NCBI GenBank assembly: GCA_002269645.1
Contig: NIVC01000293.1
Span: 62,001 to 126,000, forward strand
Direction of reading: 5' to 3'
Source of the DNA: Macrostomum lignano
Lineage: Eukaryota
DNA: 64,000 nt
Positions 57,409-64,000 of this stretch are shown in pieces. Numbering within the stretch: position 1 is the stretch's first letter; the number at the start of each line of letters is the position of its first letter. Below the pieces are notes generated by a model. The model did not search any database. It was not told where the DNA came from and was given only the letters and a program-made list of their open reading frames with translations. The position numbers and the translations under genes are program-made.

Positions 57409-58920
57409 TTAATCATAACCAAAAGAAACGCATCCAAGGAGTTGGTCTCCGCATGACATGTGCACAAGAAGAACAAAACAGCTTGTGGAATCTAAGTAGG
57501 CACCGCTGCAGATTATAGATTGGCAGGTGGTATTGTAATTGCCCTGTCGACAAGTTTGGCAATAGTTTACGTAGTTGAAACCCGAGTTTGTCAGACTGAA
57601 ACTTCTCAACCGCTGCCCTGAGCTGCTTACAAAAACAGCATTTCCATTAGTTTCGAACACTGCAATCAATCTAGAGTCAATGACAGCGACACAAAAGTTC
57701 TGACTGTCTATCAGCTTCTTCACACCACCGGTGCTGATGTTTAATCGGTGTACACCTGATGGAGTAGCCAGAATTAAGCTGCGTCCTGAAGCTGTTACAC
57801 TGCGAGCGTCCTTCACATGATCAGGCAGCGTCAAGCTCTGCTGCAGCTCAAGTGACTCCAGAGAGAGGCAGTTCACGCAACCGTAGCTAAGAATGTACAG
57901 CTTCTCCATGTCATGAGTGAGGCTTATTGCAGCTTCGCACTGCACATTCTGGACACTTCGCAACTGGGTGCCAGTCAGGTCAGTCACAAATAGGGACTGA
58001 TTGGTTCCAAGAAGAAATATCTGCTGAAGATGATCTACAAGAGTACCTGCAGCTAGCTGCATTGCGTCGTTATAAACGTTCCACTGACTGATAATTTGCA
58101 TGTCTGAATTACAGACCATGAAAAACCAATACTGACAATCATTAGCCACACAAAAAGTGCTTCCGCTAGGGAGAGCTTGAAATCCGTTTTGGTTTGTCTT
58201 CGTGACTGCTTGAGCTGAGAAATAGTATCCAGCAGTGTTGCAGCAAACACCAGCGAGAATATAGGAAAAGTAGTTGTCCAAATTAGGAGCCACATTAACA
58301 GTGGGCACGGCAGACTCAAGTCTAGCTTTTAGTTTCTCACCGTCAGGATCCTCAGCCTCATCTGCAAAAGTCTCAACAGCCTGTTGCAATCTCAGTACCT
58401 GGTGCACGCTGTTGTCTACCGGATCGACAAACTCTTCTGATATCGGGACATCCTCAAGCGAGATCTGGACCTCTTGATGCAGCCTGAATCCTTTAGTTGA
58501 AACACCTTTGGCTTCCTCCTCGCCGATATCGACCGAAAGTTTCTCTATGAAGCCGAGAGCTCTCAAGTTCTGCTCCACATTGTCTATTTTAGAGTCCAAT
58601 CTGCTCATCACGTTTTCTCTGCACTGCAGCAATCTCTGAAATATTGCGTCAAACAGATCAGCTGCCTCAGCTCTGTCGCTGGTCAGTTCAAACAGAGCTC
58701 CTCGGTTTGCTTTTAGGAGTTCGTTCGTCTTCGCTAATGGTTCAGTGTTCTTTGATTTTATATCGGCGTATCTCTCCTCGAAAATCTTTTCATCTTTACC
58801 GAGATGCCGCTCGCAGAGTTGCCCGCTCCAGAATTTGCCAAGACCTGACGACGGCTCCGTGCAATGCGTCATGGTGCACGTCCGTGCATCGGTATCTGCA
58901 TCGACGCTTTCAGTTTCCAT
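57409..58920 (-). CDS. Family copy E: CCCH zinc motif + coiled coil + beta-propeller-like protein, 503 aa, intronless CDS
   Basis: Open ORF and close paralogue of copy C. Canonical acceptor CTAATATTTTCTCTTTTCAG 2 nt before the ATG. Confidence 0.88.
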   Translation of the reverse strand: METESVDADTDARTCTMTHCTEPSSGLGKFWSGQLCERHLGKDEKIFEERYADIKSKNTEPLAKTNELLKANRGALFELTSDRAEAADLFDAIFQRLLQCRENVMSRLDSKIDNVEQNLRALGFIEKLSVDIGEEEAKGVSTKGFRLHQEVQISLEDVPISEEFVDPVDNSVHQVLRLQQAVETFADEAEDPDGEKLKARLESAVPTVNVAPNLDNYFSYILAGVCCNTAGYYFSAQAVTKTNQNGFQALPSGSTFCVANDCQYWFFMVCNSDMQIISQWNVYNDAMQLAAGTLVDHLQQIFLLGTNQSLFVTDLTGTQLRSVQNVQCEAAISLTHDMEKLYILSYGCVNCLSLESLELQQSLTLPDHVKDARSVTASGRSLILATPSGVHRLNISTGGVKKLIDSQNFCVAVIDSRLIAVFETNGNAVFVSSSGQRLRSFSLTNSGFNYVNYCQTCRQGNYNTTCQSIICSGAYLDSTSCFVLLVHMSCGDQLLGCVSFGYD

Positions 58921-60035
58921 AGCTGAAAAGAGAAAATATTAGCTAGTAAATATACGAGCAATACTAAATATGTATAAATAATGAATGCTAGGCGCCGCTG
59001 AATCTGTGTTATGGACCTGATTTTATGAAAAACTAGTCAACATATTTTTAATCCAAATGGCGATAGTAGAATACTGTTTATGCATAGACACATTCGAGAA
59101 ATTGTTGAAGCTTAGGCGTTTAAATATGATGCCCTAATTTTGAGTCATAAAAGTTATTAGTTAAAATGCATTGCAGCATTACTGAAAATCGAAGGTGAGT
59201 AGCTACTTTCGTGTTCTAATTTACCAACGGTTCCGTTATGTAGCTCGTAAAACAAAAACTTGTGTAAACTTATTCAAGCTGGTAAGCAATAGCAGACAGT
59301 GCTTCCAGTTTCTCACGCAGTCTCTCAATAAAAAAGGCTACTGTCCACTGGATCGACCCCAGTTATTTAAAACCAGTGCATCTCGAACCGATATCTCATG
59401 CTTCAACCTAGTTTGGAGACTGGAGGCTGCCAACAAGATTTCTTTGTGACTCCGTAACTCTAGTTTCAGCTAAAATATTTTCTAGAAAAACTGTCTGACC
59501 CTCATCAGCTCAGTATGAGATTTTAAAATCCAGATTTTGACATTTTTATTGAGAAACCCAGCCTAGGAGCGTATACGTCTTGAGAGTTTATTAGTAAAAA
59601 CAGCTCTAAAGTAGACAGGTGTTGACGAAATTAGCTATTTTTATTGTCTAAGCCAACAGTCAACTCTAAGCAAAACTCATAAAAGGCTTAGGCTTAGGGC
59701 AAAGGGCAAATAGAGCAAAACAGAGCAGCTAACAGTTATAAATTTTGCTAGCTGAGACGACACTATAGCGAGCAACTATTTGAAAGCCTTTCTGAAGTTG
59801 AAGCTGAGTCAAATTCAAAGGTTTCCATGCTTTTCGGCACCCCAGTTTATGGGTAATCTAAATTTTGAATTTGGGGGAATCCCAGGAAAAATACCCACTA
59901 ATCCGGGCTTGTGTACAAACCCTAATGCTGCAGTCAACGCAACCTACTGCTTAAGTGATTCCCGATTGTCTCTCCAAATCCCAGCTAGATCCTAAAACAG
60001 TCTAATCCAAAAACACGCGGGGGACAGCGGCTTAC

Positions 60036-60370
60036 GTGGCGTTTTTCAGCAGCGGAGAATAGTCGCTCGTATATTGGCAGATCACGATTGGGGGCGCTGA
60101 CGAACAGAGCAGGTGTACGCGATCGAAAAAGGGGCAGCTGAAGATCGCCAATTGAACACAGTTTAAGCCTAAACGGGAGGACAGGAAAGCAGTCCGGAGA
60201 GGGCCGAGAAAGTGGCCTGTAAGGGATCTCAATAAATAGAGCTGCCAGGCCGGGCGCATGGGGGAGGGGAGAAAGAACTTGGGAAAAGAAAACCGGGAGT
60301 TAAGTAGGCACAACAAAGGCCCAGCCAATCAATTAGAGCAAGATGACTTAACCCTGGGCATCCAATCACA
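60036..60370 (-). promoter_or_regulatory. Candidate promoter and non-coding first exon for copy E
   Basis: GC-rich island with CCAAT motifs near 60325 and 60362 and a minus-strand donor CAC|GTAAGC at 60035 that could pair with the acceptor at 58923. Confidence 0.35.
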
Positions 60371-62552
60371 CGCGAGACGGAAGTAACACCACCACAACTA
60401 GACTACATTAGCAGAAGGTATAAAAATGGGTGACTATTTGGGGGTGACTAAGCAGCCAGACGGCTACAAGGGTGGGTTGGGGCCGACAGTGCACTAAAAT
60501 CAAGCAAGGCTGGCTAGGTGGAGAACTACACGTGTAGCGCATTAACTACATAAAAATGAATGCTCTACAACACCTTAAAATAATTAACTATAGTATTATT
60601 CATTTTGATAAGCTGATGTGCTTGTTACCGACATTGCAGAGTCTTTCATTAAGAAATTCATCAGCTGTACCAAAAAGCTGTAGGAAACCTGCGTGTTAAG
60701 AAGGTTTAGTGGCCAAATGATGAAGTCTATAACCAATACTATGTACAATCAAAAGAACGATTACAAAAATATATTTTTTTCTCATTGCTCCGTTATTGAA
60801 TCACTAAATTTCTTAGAAAATCGAAACATAAAAAACAAGTTCTACTTTTTTAGTATTCAATAAAAGTAAAACAGAAACTTAAAAGGCTAAGTACATGTAT
60901 ATTAAAATATCAAAATTGCTAACGAATCAATCCAATCAAACTGTAAAAAATTGACAAGAAAAATAAACTAAGTACAAGAACATATAAAATTGCACACAAT
61001 GTTGCTAAAACATAAAAATTGATCAGAAGTTAAATTTTGCAATTGGTAAGGCACACAAATAGGTGCACAAAACTACTATTACTGAAATCACAGGTAAATA
61101 TTAATGGCTATTCTGGATATACACTTTCACCATAAAATCTAAGCAAAAGACCACAAGCTTGTGTAAAACCAAGCTGAGGGAGGTAAAATCAAAACAGACA
61201 TAAAATAGAAAGCTTAGCTAATCTTAGTTCTTATTTTAAATTCCAATAATTTTCACAAGGATGTCACCTTAAAGCTCTACAATGGGAAGCAAAGCTATGT
61301 CCCGCACCAAACCGACTGGAATGCATAACTGTTCGGAACAGTTGCCTAAAATCGCCCAGATCCCGTCGCGGTCTCTCCCTTGATGTCTTAGAGAATAAAG
61401 TGCATAAAATGGGGATATAACGTCAATTTAGGACATTAAAGAACCCAAACCGAAGCCTTAAAGCTACTGGAATCGGTAGCTGGTCCGACCAATTGATTAG
61501 AAACGCGAACATGTCAATCCGGTCTCCTCTTAGAAACATCAGGTCTGCTCAACAAATTGTACAAGTAGCAAATCACGAATTGCATCACTTTATTTTTACT
61601 TTCATTCCAGTACTTAGTTAGACCTCCCATATGTAAATATAAAAAACAGATGGAAATAGACGAAAACGGCCCATATGCTCTATGGCAATAGTTGGAGTAC
61701 ATAAAAAAACAATAAAAAGTGAGTTGACGGAAAAATGAGCATTGGAAATCAGCATTGAATTTTTTTTACTTTTATAGCGTTTACTGAAATAAATTCTAAT
61801 TCTTATTTAAAGCAATTCAAATTACTCAAATCACTGTTTTAAAATTCTATCACAGCATGTTCTATAACATTCGATAGCTTGGCCACAGCGGGAAATATGG
61901 TTTAGAATCAAAAGCACCACAATTAAGCGCCAACTAACTTATCAAGCAAATTTTCTTAGACAGAATACTGAAGGGGCCACAACAATACAAACTAATTCCA
62001 AGAAAAAGTAATAACTTAGATGTACAGCTCGTCAAAAATCAAACTGAACTGCAAACAAGCAAACTCTAAAGTGCAAATAAAACGGAAGATTTTTAACTTA
62101 TTTTATAAATTTTTTGCATAAACATAAATTTGACTAAGCAAACATAAACTTTAGTAGACTTGCAGATACAGAAATAACTTCATATTTTACTTTCAAGACC
62201 ATACTATCACTAAAAACCAGCCAAAGCAATACAGTGAGTGACATCTCCGGTGGATATTAGTGACTGCTTTTCAGAAAATACTCGTACAAAAAAATACGGA
62301 AAAACTGCTTTGAGTTTTGAGTTTTTAGTAAAATACACTGAACTTCAGATTATTTATGATCGATGGGCACGTCAAAAAAAGTCGAAGGTTGAAACCGCTT
62401 AACCACAGCTATGGATAATACTATATTAAAACAGCCAACAAACAAAAACTGTCTGTTCATATAAACTTAAATTATGCTCTTTCTTTCCGATAGATTTTAA
62501 ACATTGTCATTAATCTTGCTATGAGTAGCAGTATCTGAAACGAGGTAATAGC

Positions 62553-62770
62553 TCAATATTCACCAACAGAAACGCGCCCAAGGAGTCGGTAACAAAATGG
62601 CATCTGCACAATAACAACGAAACAGCTTCTGGAATTTAAATAGGCTCCGCAGCCGATAATATAGTAGGCGACAGTATTCGTACTACACTGTGCACCAGCT
62701 TGACTATTGTGATTCAATTTAAAACCAGAGTTTGACAGAGTGAAACTTTTTAACTGCTGCCCTGAGACAT
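62553..62770 (-). pseudogene. Family fragment: last ~70 codons only
   Basis: SGQQLKSFTLSNSGF...CGAYLNSRSCFVVIVQMPFCYRLLGRVSVG matches the C-termini of copies C/E; upstream sequence is unrelated. Confidence 0.75.
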
Positions 62771-63689
62771 TCTCGGCTGGTCTGCCCATGAGGTTTGCTT
62801 ATTATGTAAGCTTGATACGAAAAATCGGACATATTTGCAACAGAATGTTCATAGTCACTTGGTGTAACCTGTTGAAGGTGCCGACGGCGTCCGGGTGTTG
62901 ACGGAATGCTCAACAGACTAGCTGAGGATGTCCAGCAGTTGATTCTTGCCCGCTGTCGAGGCTTGATCAGTGAATCTAGAGAAATTCTAATCAGGCTGTC
63001 CATAGTCACCTGGTGTCATCTGTTGAAGGTCCAGAAGCTCCGCCTGGGTGAAGGCTAGTGACCAACAAAGACAGAGCTAATGCAGACACATGTGGTCGAC
63101 GTGCTGTTGAAATTTGGAGACTTGGCAAGGCTGCACTGAGGCGCAGTGCTGATTGGCGCACAGGGGTGTACCGAATACACTAGCGCTAATGGGAAAAATC
63201 CGACCTTCAGGTAGAATCGTCGAATATCTCGACGGTCCGGAGGGCTGGCGACTTGATTCTTGTTTGAGAATGTGCGCAACAAAAAGTTAGTCCGTGTTCT
63301 TGAATTTCGTGTGCCTGCGTTGCTTCGTTCGGCGCAGCAAAAAAATTGTCTTTGATTTCCCCCCCCCCTCTTGGTAGTTCTACTGTTAATTGGTCTTCAG
63401 TTCACTTTAGAATCAATCAATGCAATACAGTAGCCATTGGCGAAAGTCTGCTGGCGTAGTGACAACTTACATTATGTTAAAACGCATTTCCGATAAATAC
63501 ATTTAAATGGTTTAAATCCTGACCAATTTAAAAAATATACCGGGCTTGATGACCAACATATCAAAAAGAAGACGCCGTTTGAGAACAAATGACCGGAAAA
63601 GATCTTAAGATCTTAAAAATCTCAAAACATCTAAAAAATTGCAAGCAAAATTGTGGGGTTTTGTTGTACGCTCGTAGATGTTGCAGTTA

Positions 63690-63834
63690 GCTTCATCGAT
63701 AAAGCTACTTGTCTTCGATAAATTTTAAACTGTGTCGTTAGTTAGCTTTTTCGAAATGATACCTTACTAGAGTAAAGTAAAAGTCTGAACAAAACTGCAT
63801 AACAGCGACTGGATTAACCAATAGAAACGCGCCA
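63690..63834 (-). pseudogene. Family fragment: final codons (RVSIG-stop) plus 3' flank, truncated at ~63835
   Basis: Near-copy of 50395-50538; homology stops just before CAGTGGTGGG. Confidence 0.7.
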
Positions 63835-64000
63835 AACAGTGGTGGGACTGAGAGGCAACCATTTTTTCGCGCCATTAAAAAATATTCGCGCCGTCCGAAA
63901 TTTCCTGCCCAGTGCCCCGCACTACTAAATTTCCTTTTATGCAGCCTTGGGGTCCCTTGTTACGAGCGTATAGTTAATTAATGGTCTATTATAAATATTT

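Noticed and set aside
62790-63290. Another family copy or gene upstream of the 62553 fragment
   Set aside because: Short frames and a duplicated CTTCAACAG..ACACCA.GTGACTATG motif, but no consistent exon chain or family similarity.

Overview
Repeat-rich animal genomic DNA with GT-AG introns and tandem satellites in most long introns. The style resembles the flatworm Macrostomum, which is inference only. Left half: the 3' part of an Ig-like single-pass membrane protein gene, a 7-exon ZnT5/SLC30A5 zinc transporter, intronless TIPIN, a 4.3-kb single-exon disordered/coiled-coil gene with a Cys-rich tail, and a hillarin/KY-type transglutaminase-like gene lacking catalytic residues. Right half (35.3-64 kb): a minus-strand tandem cluster of an unrecognised ~500-aa family (one-zinc half B-box motif, coiled coil, beta-propeller-like region, Cys loop) with two intact copies, one propeller-only copy, one N-terminus-only copy and several fragments. 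One more copy is split by two clean insertions: an apparently autonomous 8525-bp CACTA/EnSpm-like transposon (TIRs, AT target duplication, transposase plus divergent DUF4806-like gene) and a 1058-bp solo-LTR-like element (AATG target duplication). Removing both restores an open 512-aa frame. A decayed RTE LINE and a SINE remnant are also present. All family assignments come from motif recognition by eye, not database searches.
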